A stretch of DNA of 64,000 bases from Octopus sinensis. Taxonomy: Eukaryota. The stretch is from positions 35,030,001-35,094,000 of the forward strand of contig NC_042997.1 in the NCBI RefSeq assembly GCF_006345805.1, read 5' to 3'. Every line of letters begins with the position of its first letter. Positions within the stretch are counted from its first letter, which is position 1. A program made the position numbers and the translations under genes. The notes beneath the pieces are model-generated. The model did not search any database. It was not told the origin of the DNA and was given only the letters and a program-made list of their open reading frames with translations. Positions 26,397-38,252 of this stretch are shown piece by piece.

Positions 26397-26500
26397 ATAT
26401 ATATATATATATATCGTGATGTTTATATGTATATATATGTACATATATATACATATATACACAAGTCCATGCATACGTATATATAAATATATGTATATAG
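26058..26500. repeat. Long interrupted (TA)n microsatellite
   Basis: Directly visible; source of the YIYI ORFs at 25993-26517. Confidence 0.95.
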
Positions 26501-27112
26501 TGGATAGTTACAAACATGCGCTTGTGCAGTTAGCATAAACCAAAAATGAATGCATGAACTTACTTATTGTACAGTAAGATATCAGGACGCCAAATGTCAC
26601 TAAAAGGAAGGCGGATGACGGACACATTGCCATATTTGATTGGATCCCACTGCAGCTTGTAATCGATCCAGTTCTGTGAAACAGAAAATAATTTGGTTAT
26701 TGTCTCATGAGAAGAAGAATATTCAACATATTTAAATTTAAGAATGTTGTTCGATTCTAAAAATATTTTCGGTCTAGTCTACTTTTGCGTAACTACTTTA
26801 CATGGCTGTAACGTAGTTGCAATATAACTACATAACATTACATTCTTGTACAAACAAACTGTCACATGCGTCATCACATGTTGCTGGTGATGGTTCAAAG
26901 TGTGAAATAAATGGAAAGAGGTAACGTAAATTGGAATACATAACTGAAATGCTCAAAGGACAACGATTTGTGTGGTCCTGTAATCGAAACGAAACCTATC
27001 GAACGCTAGAAACACAAGCCTCTACATGAATGTGCATATGTGTGTAAGTATATATCTATATGCGTATATAAATATTCTCCCTCACTCTGTCTCCCTCCCT
27101 TCTCCTATCTCT

Positions 27113-27113
27113 G

Positions 27114-27173
<60 letters not shown>

Positions 27174-27273
27174 ATATATACACAAACTGCTAGGTTGGAT
27201 ATGTGCATGTATGTGTTTACGTACGTATATATGTATGTATGTATGTATGTATGCATGTATGCATGCATGTATG

Positions 27274-27305
<32 letters not shown>

Positions 27306-27320
27306 ATGTATGTATGTATC
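27113..27320. repeat. (TA)n/(TATG)n microsatellite
   Basis: Directly visible. Confidence 0.9.
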
Positions 27321-27835
27321 TGAAAACATATCCAACTTACTACAATACAACACCGAATACTGCGTTACTAGACTCCAGGAACCCTCTCATATAGGGGCAT
27401 GGTGAATAAAATAACGTACATAGATCGTAGCAGACGAGCATCGCCTACCGTGGCTACTGGAACTCCTTTATCTCGTGATTTCCTACTATTGAAAAACATT
27501 ATTGGGAGAGGTCCGGTTACCGCATGCCAGTCAAACCTTGCTACTACGATATATTGAATATCAGCATCTTTTCGGATAATGATATGGCAAAATGCCAGCC
27601 GGTTTATTAAAATTAATTATTTGTGAGAGATACAATATTAAAACCAAAATGTAATGTGATTTCTGCCAGAACAAAATCCTGCAATATGGGAATTCCATAT
27701 TTATGCGTGTGATTTTATGCACAAGCACCTATTTGAGAGGATCTCTCAAGTCTGATAACATTGTATTTGGTGTCTTAACAGTTCAGCTATGTCGGATATA
27801 AAAGATTACCTTTTAATATTAATACTACTTCAAAT

Positions 27836-28075
27836 GTGGCGAACAGGCAGAATTCCAGTGTGGTGAACCGGGTAAAATGCTTAGCGATCTAAGTTCAAAT
27901 TCTACCGAGGTCAGCTTTGCTTTATATCATTTCGGGATCGAGAAGTTCAAATTCTGCCGTTTGTCATTTCAGGATCGATAAAATAAGTACCAGTTGAGCA
28001 TTGGGGTCGATGTATTTAACTTAACCCATACCTGTCACTCGAAACTGCTGGTTTTATGCCAAAATATGCAACCAA
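27836..28075 (+). mobile_element. SINE family B, degenerate with internal partial duplication
   Basis: GTGGCGAACAGGCAGAA head; AAGTTCAAATTCT occurs twice; GATAAAATAAGTACCAGTTGAGCATTGGGGTCGATGT. Confidence 0.75.
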
Positions 28076-28418
28076 TATTGATACTGTTTCCGTTGCTAAT
28101 TATCAATTTTTATTAAGCCTGCATGCTATTTGTGACGTCAAAGTTTGAAAAGAAGCTATATATAGTAGCAGCAAAATTTGATTGGCATGTAATTTCCAAT
28201 AGAATGTAATCATGTGATATGGAAGGTCTGACGCCTACGACAGACGATTCTCGTCTGCTACGATCTATGTGTAAGCTTTTATGCATTAACCACCTAAATG
28301 AGAGGATCCCTCGAGTCTAATAGCGATGTATTTGCTGTTCTAACAAGAAATGTTGAACTGGATATAAAGATTACCTTTTGATATTAATACGGCTTCTGTT
28401 GCGAATGACTAATATGCG

Positions 28419-28473
<55 letters not shown>

Positions 28474-28475
<2 letters not shown>

Positions 28476-28776
28476 AAACGCAATGGCCCAGTGGTTAGGG
28501 CAGCGGACTCGCTGTTGTAGGATCGCGGTTTCAATTCCCAAACGTTGTGAATGATTATTGAGCGAAAATACCTAAAGCTCCACTAGGCTCTGGCAGGGGG
28601 GGGGGTGATCCCTGCTGCACTCTTTCGCCACAACTTTCTCTTACTCTTTCTTCTGTTGGCCTGCTCGCTTAGCCAGTGGGGTGGCGTCATTTGAAGGCTA
28701 AAACAATGCGAAGCGCATTGTGACCAGCGATGTGAAGCAACATCTGATAGCATGGTCGGTCACGGTGAACACCGTG

Positions 28777-28778
<2 letters not shown>
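28474..28778 (+). mobile_element. SINE family C (tail type 2), full length
   Basis: Head GGAAACGCAATGGCCCAGTGGTTAGGGCAGCGGACTCG; shares CTCTTTCGCCACAACTTTCTCT with type 1, then a different 3' half matching 6812-6934. Confidence 0.85.
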
Positions 28779-28808
<30 letters not shown>

Positions 28809-28971
28809 TATATATATATTATATATATATATATATATATAGTATATATATATATATATACATACACACACACACAGACACACACATATATATATATATA
28901 TATGTTGCTAATGAATTATATGCATATATACATACAGATATAATATATATATATATGTGTGGTGTGTGTGT

Positions 28972-29029
<58 letters not shown>

Positions 29030-29066
29030 TGTGTGTTGCTAATGAATTATATGCATATATACGTAC

Positions 29067-29100
<34 letters not shown>
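28779..29100. repeat. Compound (TA)n/(CA)n/(TG)n microsatellite
   Basis: Directly visible. Confidence 0.9.
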
Positions 29101-29105
<5 letters not shown>

Positions 29106-29824
29106 TATATTTGTACATGTATATTTGAATACTACCTGTCAAATTCTTAAATTCCTCATTCTCTCTTGTTTTCTTCATGCACACTTTTTTCTCCCCCTTG
29201 ATCAAAATTATTTTCCCAACTTCTTCCCTCCACATTATCTTTTGCTCAAATACCACTCCTCTTGCTAATTTCTGTGATTCGGCCAAAACAGCCTCATTGA
29301 ATACTACCGGTCATACAACATTACTTAAATTAACCATTCTTCCCACTCACTATTTTTTTCTTTTAACCTTCTTTTACTCCTTATTTCTCTCTGCATTTAT
29401 ATTCTCCACCCCTACCGTGCTCTCTACACATTCTGATTGAATCGCCTATGTGTTAACATGTACCTCCTTGATACAATGTAAACTTTCATTTAATCAAGAT
29501 ATGCTTGGCCTGAATAGTAACCTACGTTATGTACTTCGCTTGGATGTTCACCACATCCGAAATTCCGCTCGCTATGAAACATGTAACCCGGATCTAATCC
29601 AATCCATCCCTTAACTCTTGTATTATTATTCGCACAACTGGCAACACCGGTTACCTACTGTGAAATATAAACAGAACTTCTTTCAGTTTATAGCACTTCG
29701 ATATGAAAAAAATCCAAAGCCTTCCGTCTTAATAAACCACTATTGTCCCTGGAAGTTATTTTTTAATATTTACTGCTAACTTTACCCTACACCACGATCT
29801 CCGGATCTTATATGTATGTATCTT

Positions 29825-30036
29825 GCAGAAACGTTAGCAAGCCGGGCAAAATGTTTAGCGGTATTTCGTCTGCCGCTACGTTCTGAGTTCAAATTCCGCC
29901 GAGGTCGACTTTGCCGTTCATCCTTTCGGGGTCGATTAAATAAGTACCAGTGGGGTCAATATAATCGACTTAATCCGTTTGTCTGTCCTTGTTTGTCCCC
30001 TCTATGTTTAGCCCCTTGTGGGCAATAAAGAAATAA
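29825..30036 (+). mobile_element. SINE family B, near full length
   Basis: GCAGAAACGTTAGCAAGCCGGGC...GAGTTCAAATTCCGCCGAGGTCGAC...GCCCCTTGTGGGCAATAAAGAAATAA. Confidence 0.9.
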
Positions 30037-30059
30037 TATATATATAATTCTTATTTATA

Positions 30060-30105
<46 letters not shown>

Positions 30106-30359
30106 AGAGAGAGAGAGAGAGAGGGAGAGCGAGAGAGAGAGAGATAGAGATTGTTTGTCTTTATGTTCAGTTATGATGAAAACCATTTTACATTAATTTG
30201 ATGGACTGTTCTACACTCTATACAAATTTGTTATTCTTAAGCAAGAATGTTGTAGAGAGTGATTTTAAAGTTTCGGACTGCATATGTGTGTGTATATGTA
30301 TATATATATATATATATAATATATATATATATATGTATGTATGTGTGTGTGTGTGTGTG

Positions 30360-30418
<59 letters not shown>

Positions 30419-30480
30419 TATCTATCTCTATCATATGAAGTATGTATACATACATTTCTATATATATATATATATATATG
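30060..30480. repeat. (TA)n/(GA)n/(TG)n microsatellite cluster
   Basis: Directly visible. Confidence 0.85.
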
Positions 30481-31467
30481 TTTTTGCGCGTACACAGTTA
30501 TCAGCAAATGATTTTGTAAATGGTGTAGTAGCAGTATAGAGTTTTATAGACTTCGGTGAAGTGAAAACTAGGGAAAGCTCAATTATAATCTCTGTGTGTA
30601 AAATCTAATCACTTGCTAGTCATCTACATCCACCACCAAACATTAACACTTGAAATCAGAGGAAGCTAAAATCGTATTAATAATACATATGAATATTTCG
30701 TAGTTTTAGCAACATTTCTTCATGCCAATATTCAGCAAATGGTTAAATGAAGTAGAAAAAATTAAACATCAGAGAGATATTTAAATATATAAAACTGTCA
30801 TAAAAGGTATGACGCATGAAAATGAATTAAGCTACATATATTAGAATAAATATAAATATATATGAATACAGATTTTTATAAAAATAGACACATATCCTGT
30901 CCCTGAACATGCATCCAGCCTCAATATACATATAAAATTATATGTATGCAATTCAACTTCATCACAGGATTATAGGGGAATATTAAAGGAGCGTTATGGC
31001 TCTTATACACTCAGGTATTCAAGAGAAATAAACTGATGGAAAGCTACAAGGACTAGTCAAAAATTCGAGAAAGATCATACTCACACACGTTGTATAAAAT
31101 ATAAGCTCTTGAGGAAATTATACGTTTACAATGATGTACTAACAATTTTTGTGAGAAAGGAAACTATAACAATTATGTAAAATTATTCTGAAGTTTAATT
31201 TTCTGTATATTCTTGAGTGTTTGGTTACTATAAACCCTCTTTTAAATTTATTTAGTGTTTGTTTTATACATTTCCATTAGATGTAATTTCATAAAGCTAG
31301 TGCGGCCGAATTCATCAAAACCCAGCAACGCTTCCGTAATATTCGAATATATAAGTGATATTTTAAGTACCCATTTCTACTAGAAACAAAGGCCCATGTT
31401 CAAGGTAAGGGTATACAAGGGTTGAACAAAATAATGGAAACACCTTAAAATTTAAAACAAGTTGATT

Positions 31468-32460
31468 TTAATATGGTGTAGGACCGCTTTTGGCAGTAAT
31501 TACAGCTTAGATTCTACGAGGTACGGACTCGTACAAAGTTTGAATTGTTTCCAAAGGAAATTTTTGTCCGTTCTCCAGCTAAAACAGTCGCCATTTCTTG
31601 TAGTGATGATGATGGAGGATATCGACTCCTTAGTTGATTTTCTAAAATGTACCATAAATGTTCAATAATATTGAGATCTGGTGACTGTAGTAGCCGGATA
31701 AGATGTGCAACTTCACAAGAATGTTTCTTGTGCCATTCAGTAACTACGTTAGCTGTGTGAATTGGAGCATTATCATCCTGAAAGATTGCATTTCCCTCCG
31801 GAAACAGTTCTGCAAATATAGGATGAATCAGATAAATTGCTTAAACCATCTTGACTATTAATTCTGCCATGGAGGGAAACCTTTGGACCGGTGGATGTCC
31901 ATGGTATAGCCCCAAGATGATCACAGATCCTTTTCCATTTTTAATAGGTGGAAGAAGGTTGTCTGGGTCAAAATAATTCTTTTAGCTGTCTCCACACGTA
32001 TACTTGGCCGGTGGTCGGAAATAAGGTAAGGATGACTCGTCCGAGAAAATAACTTTCTTCCACTGCTCGATGGACCAATTCGGTAGGATTTTACTCCACT
32101 GTAAATGCTTTGCAACTTTTATTTTTGAAAGTAGTGGTTTTCTGATTGCAGCCTCTCCGTGAAATCCGGCTTTGTGTAGCTCCCGGAGAACAGTTTTTGT
32201 GAAAACTGGATTCTCGAGGTGGTCATTATTCTCTGCAGTAATTTGGGAGCTGATCCGTTCTAACAATTCGCGTAACAGTATGAAAGTTTCAGTTTTCTTC
32301 TGGAGTTTTGTTTCGTCGAGGGGGTTTCCCCTTTTTCTCAAAGGCTGTCATTACTTTCGAGACAGTACTTCTTGGTACACCATACATTTCGGCCGCTTTC
32401 GTTACGCTAGTGCCTGCCATACGAGCACCAACAATTCGACCTCTTTGAAAGTCCATTAGA
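31468..32460 (-). pseudogene. Tc1-like transposase pseudogene
   Basis: HTH region DFQRGRIVGARMAGTSVTKAAEMYGVPRSTVSKV; WKKVIFSDES; FQDDNAPIH...SPDLNIIEHLW; ends GPTPY*. Frameshifts and a premature TAA. Confidence 0.9.
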
Positions 32461-32464
32461 GCGT

Positions 32465-32759
32465 GGAGGCACATGGCCTAGTGGTTAGATCAGTGGTCGA
32501 GGGATCGCGGGGTCAAATCTCAGACTGGGTGATGTGTGTGTTTATGAGCGAAACACCTAAGCTCCACTCGGCTCCAGCAGAAGGTAATGGCAAACTTCTG
32601 CTGACTCTTTCGCTACAATTTTCTCTCGCTCTTTTCTCCTGCATCTTGCAGCTCACCTGCGACCGACCGGCGTCCCGTCCAGGTGGAGAACTTATACGCC
32701 AAAGAAACCGAGAAACAGGCCCTTATGAACCAGGCGTGGCTCGAAAAGGAACAACTAAC
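32465..32759 (+). mobile_element. SINE family C (tail type 1) inserted in the transposase 5' end
   Basis: Aligns with 19026-19332; degenerate TSD AAAGTCCATTAGA (32448-60) / AAAGTCCGTTATA (32760-72). Confidence 0.9.
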
Positions 32760-33706
32760 AAAGTCCGTTATATCTGTAATTTTAATGAATTTTAATAACC
32801 TCTTTCTGGTGGAATCAGAAAAGAAACGGCAATTTTAGCAAAATATATTAAGCAACACCTATAATTAATAAAAAAAAACATAAAAATAAATAAGCTTTTG
32901 ATAGTTTTATAGATATTTCAAAATTATGATACTATGATGCTAGGTGTTTCCATTATTTTGTCCAACCCTTGTATATGTAAAATAGGATCCATCTCAGTCT
33001 GTCAAAATCACACTACAAATTAGATTAACAGCTAGATTGAAATATAAATGGCAAAATAAATAGTTATTATTTTAATTATTGTATGAGAAACCCTAAATAA
33101 TATGCGATGATTTACTGAATAAATAACAGTTTACATCGACTATGAAGGTGTGAAAACTTTCTATTAATATTATATTATGACTTCATCAGATTGTGTAAAA
33201 GTCTACAATATCTAGTTGAGAAAATATTGATCCGTTCAACATTCGAAAATACGAGTCATCGCTTTACTGGTAATAATAAAATATCTTCAACTGCAGAAAC
33301 ATCAATATTTATTCATTAAACAATTTCAAAATGTTTTATATTTAATATTACATAGATTATATTTGAAAGCCATCAATATACATCGTCGTAATTCAAAGAA
33401 AATGATTACATTTTCATTATGATTTCATTAGGTTTAACATTGCAGTTTAAACTTTTATAAACATCAAGCAAACAAAATTTGAATGGGGTATAAAAGGAAA
33501 AGAAAATTTGTGTGTTCAATAAACATATGGATACCGTGTCTGTCTAAGTTGTTAACTTCTCGTTTCATAAATTGCAATAAAGTTGATAATTAGATTCTTA
33601 TGAAGAATTTCAAATACAGCAATACATATCTAGATAAGAGGAACACATCCACGCACATTATACAAACACAGTTACATACACACTAACATACATACGTGCA
33701 TGCATA

Positions 33707-33742
<36 letters not shown>

Positions 33743-34204
33743 ACACACACACAAACACAAACACAGTGGCTGCAAGGGTAGATTTGCTTATTTGAATGTA
33801 TAACGTTTATTTAACATAGTAAAACTATAGTATGCTTACACGCTCCGTTAATAAATATATCGCTTAAAGGATCTAAGAGCGTAGTGCCTAGAACCGTGTC
33901 TGTGTTTATACAATACCTTGCAAATATTCAAGCATCCATATTTATTGTACGATTTCACTAGAATGTTCTAAAGATACGCTTCCTTAAATGTCTCAGTTGT
34001 TATTTGTTGTGGATATATAGGGACGTGCTTCTTCTTCTTCTTACCTATGTAGGCCCTGCACTTATTTTCGAAAACTGCTACGTATTTTGCAATTAAAGAA
34101 CAGCTGCTAACGAGGTGACTACTGTATTATCTAAGTATATTGAGATATATTTTGTTATATATTTCATTTTTCTTTTTGTGCTATAATTGCAATATATTTT
34201 GCCT

Positions 34205-34632
34205 ATGATTTTCATATTTGACTTTTACTTTACATTTGTACAAGTTGGCTCCAAGTCTCACCCAGAGACCTCAAGAGACAACAGGTTGGAAGCTCATGTT
34301 GTTGTTATGCCTAGTGTGCCATATATTTGGTTTTGTATTTAATGTTGTACTACTGAATGTCTAAAAAAACCATACGAAAATTATGTTTGTTTTAAAACTT
34401 GAGATTACATTGAAAGTATTTTGCGTAGGATATGAGCAGTTCCCATGAGCACTATCTTTTGAATTTCTGCCATTTTGTGGTTTCCTGGTATCTGAGTTAG
34501 GTAACAATCAGCCCCTTTTGCTATCATTCCCAGGGCACCTACGACAACAGGTATTGTTTTAGTGTTCAGGTTCCACATTTTGCTGATTTCTATTTCAAGA
34601 TCTTTATATTTGCTCAGTTTTTGGTAGGTCTT
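34205..34632 (-). mobile_element. 5'-truncated R4/Dong-type RLE retrotransposon (lineage 4)
   Basis: Reads KLSKYKDLEIEISKMWNLNTKTIPVVVGALG...EIQKIVLMGTAHILRKILSM* (RLE C-terminus) plus 3' UTR; 5' end abuts (TAA)n. The 3' boundary is approximate. Confidence 0.85.
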
Positions 34633-34662
34633 ACTATTATTATCATTATCATCATTATTATA

Positions 34663-34719
<57 letters not shown>
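34633..34719. repeat. (TTA)n microsatellite
   Basis: Directly visible. Confidence 0.95.
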
Positions 34720-34722
<3 letters not shown>

Positions 34723-35246
34723 TGAGAGAGCAGTGCATGCCATCAAAGTGACACTGGGGTAAAATATACGAAACCCAGTATACCCATCATGACTACCCAT
34801 CTAATAAGGGTACACTAGGCACATGCATCGCAACCATATGTGCGCGATATGGTGATCTCATATCAAGATAACCAGCAATTGACCTTGCAGGTGGGACCCA
34901 GTTAGAATTTTCTTCTGGTCGAGTAACCCATCCCGCTCAAAAGGTCCCTGAATAAGGAGCGTTTAAGGATGTTGAACGAAACACCCATGTTCCCAGAGCT
35001 GAATTATCCAAACCACAAAGAATTCCTCATAAAACACATGGTTATGATGCTCCGCCACTACTTCAAACTCATGTTTAGATATGCATATTGCGTCAGCCAC
35101 CAAGAGTCAAGCTCAGCTGGTTAAGGTCAAGCAACTGAGCAGAATATTTGCTGTGGCCCATCTTTTATATCAAGACAAATCCTCTACACGATAACACTTT
35201 CAATCAGTTAAGATCAAAAGCCTTGAGAGCCACTGCCTGGTATAGC
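34720..35246 (-). mobile_element. Non-coding dispersed element embedded in (TAA)n (second copy at 57588-57932)
   Basis: Collinear with 57588-57932 (AGTGAGAGAGCAG, GGGTACACTAGGCA, CAGGTGGGACCCAGTTA, GCTCAAAAG..C.CTGAATAAGG); no ORF, no tRNA head, TTA-type repeats on both sides. Confidence 0.75.
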
Positions 35247-35466
35247 ATTTATTATTATCGTCATGATCAAGATCATGATCATCATCACCATCTTTATTAT
35301 TATTATTGTTATTACTATATTTATCGTACATCACATCGACAGAGCTCGAAATAACCCCTCCCCCCAAAAATTGTTATTTCCAGTTGATATCTTTATGCTG
35401 TAACCGGCATAATAAAATAGGAGCTTTTTATGCATAGTCAAACTGTTTCTGGTAAACAAACTAAAA

Positions 35467-35506
<40 letters not shown>

Positions 35507-38212
35507 GCCTGAATATTTGTGCATATATTTTATCTAAACATATACTTGGGTAGTAACCACATTGATATACTCGATAAATTTTGAATGTTATAATACTGAA
35601 ATTCACCAAGCATAGATCTATTGGAACCGTTATATGTAACACGTACATATACGTACATATAGAAATGTTCGTGCAGTAACACACCAAAGAAATAAGCATC
35701 AATATGCATAAATAGTATACCGCATCATTCTCTCCGAAATCAAAGGAATTTGTGCAAAGCCAAACTAATCCAATATGCAAATCTAGTGACAGTCCGTGTA
35801 TCTAATGCAGTTTCCCTATTACATAATTAATTTAACGTAAAACGGAGCTACATATGGGAATGGCATGAAAGGCATACGTTCCTAATTTTGCATTGCCCCT
35901 CTGTTGTATAGGATTCCACTCTGTTCAAAATCACTCAATATTTGAATATATAAAGGCGCGCTCCAAGGAATTGAAGAAATTCGCTGGGAACCTCTTAACA
36001 TTGCAATGTTTTCAATTATTGCTATGAACAATGGAAAGTTTAATTAAACCTTCTTTTAGTCAACTTACCTACTTCACACCTACTTTACATTACTCACGTT
36101 ATGAAATGTCACGGGAAATAAATGGCAATGATAGAATACTAAATCGTATCGTGTATATATTCCAAAGATTTTTGCTTATGTAAGATATTAATATAGAAGT
36201 AATTTAGAAATTAGTTATGTTCTGATATAACGAATCTGTAGTTGAGGTTTTGATTTCGTGCTTATGATTGAAATACATTCATGACAACTATGCTGATATG
36301 GCTCTCGAAAATAACAGCACTATGGCTTATTACATTAACTAATATAAGAATTGTTAATGGTAAGAACCAATATATTACTACTGCATCATATCTGTGACAT
36401 TTAGACCGTATGCAAATGCGGCATTTAATGTGTGCGCAAATATTTTTAGCTATATAGAAAATAATTGCCCAGAGGTTTCTCATACGATGTAATAGACGAA
36501 GTAGAATTCATTTGCGAACTAAAAAAATATATGAGAATTTGATGATTAAGAGAATATCATTATCATTAATTAACTTAACCGAAAATTATCACTGCAGCTA
36601 AACTTATTTGACGAATTATTTCAAAACTAATGACGTCAGCAGAAGCTACTTAAAAATATTACTTTTAAATATGTTGTCAGGAATCAACACCACTATGAGT
36701 TATGAAACATCCTACATTTATCATGCTCTGATATGTGTAAGTGCGCGCACACAAACACACATATATATATGTATATTCATATCTCCATCTCTCTCTCTCT
36801 CTCTCTCTGTATATATATATATTATCTATCATAACGGCTGATATTAAACTTGTAATGCATGAAAATTGTGCAAAATTAATGCAGAAATAATTGTAGTATG
36901 ATGGAAATTTTATCAAACATTGTGAAGTCTACATCTAGGTTCAGGAAAAATTGTTAGTATTAGCGAATCGATTCAGAAAAAAAATGGGTGGAAGAGTATA
37001 ATGCCGATATTGTTATCCTAGAGTACTCATTAAGGTCCATTTACATTCTAAGAATAACTTCTGTCCATGTCGATTTTGACTTTTATCATTCCAGAGTCGA
37101 TAATGTAATGGCTCCTTGAGTGACCGAATCAACTTTATCGCCTTTGTAATTCACCGGTGTCCTATTGAATTTATGGCTACAATGAATCCATGTATTTCTA
37201 AATCAATGTATAGCCACAGCTACTGGAGATGCTGTTCCATTAGCAACTGTTGTTATTTAGTCAGTTCTGATCGAGAAAACCTATGATCAAATATGTTATA
37301 GCCGTTACCATCTCATTTTATTTTCAGACAATGTAACAAGTACGATAACATAAAATGATTCGGTTCTTTTGTTTTTGAGGTGCTTGGTGCTTTGAGAAAA
37401 AATTGACTGGTATTAACTGTTGATATAGCATTAACATACAATTTCATTTGTTGCCTCAGTCTAACAACCTTTGTTTGCACTTTGATATTAGTTTTAATAG
37501 TTTGAATACTGATGTGCTTCTGACGATGCCTTTTCTGTAGCTATGTTAAAAATAGATTCGATATTAACGAATTGTTCAATTTATACTTTGACATTTATTC
37601 GGTCGAATGCAGCAGCTATCTATCTGTCAAACATCATATGTTTACTGGAGGGGTAATTTCTTTGAATTCAATGACACTGGTAATCATTGGGAATTAATGA
37701 AATCTCAGTTACCCGTAAAAGATTGTGTTGTCTAATTCCATTATTGTTTCAATCTTAAACTCCCTATTGAGGTTTGAGTACAGTGGATTCTGGACACATT
37801 ATATTCTACTATAAAACTGAAACCTACTACTAGAAATAATGTAAACGCATTTTTCTACGGCCGTTTAGTACAATATCATGGGCACCGATTTTAGAATCAG
37901 TTGAACGAAGATGGATAGAAAACCGTGCACTAAATATCCTAAGATGCTGACTACTGGAACAAAGACTCCACAATCTTTTATAGAAATATCTGAAATCCTT
38001 TAACATATATTTATTCCCTTTCAATATTTATATTACTTTTCCTAATATTTTAAATAACTTCTTTAAGTCATCTGTTATTAATTCAATATACAGACTTAAC
38101 CTCGTATACTTTAACAGGGGTATAACAATCAAGTATATTGCTTTTTTACGACTTCATATAGCTTTATTTTTCAGTTGAGGTAAGCACAACACTTTCTTGG
38201 TTATCTGCAAGA

Positions 38213-38252
<40 letters not shown>

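Larger units (their letters stand above)
31416..32971 (-). mobile_element. Tc1/mariner-superfamily DNA transposon (DD36E type), full length, inactive
   Basis: TIRs CAAGGGTTGAACAAAATAATGGAAACACCT (31416-45) and the inverse at 32942-71 (1 mismatch in 30); TA on both sides; transposase remnants inside. Confidence 0.93.

Noticed and set aside
29540-29590. GGATGT-TCACC-ACATCC hairpin followed by GAAA
   Set aside because: Not preceded by CUGANGA; an ordinary small hairpin.
33155-33192. Minus-strand CTGATGA...GAAA pair
   Set aside because: No palindromic or paired helix III and no helix I; compatible with chance in AT-rich DNA.
35190-35246. Faint U1/U2 snRNA resemblance at the head of the TAA-embedded element
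   Set aside because: Only short gapped matches (e.g. TACCAGGCAGTGG versus U1 TACCTGGCAGGGG); not distinguishable from chance without a covariance search.
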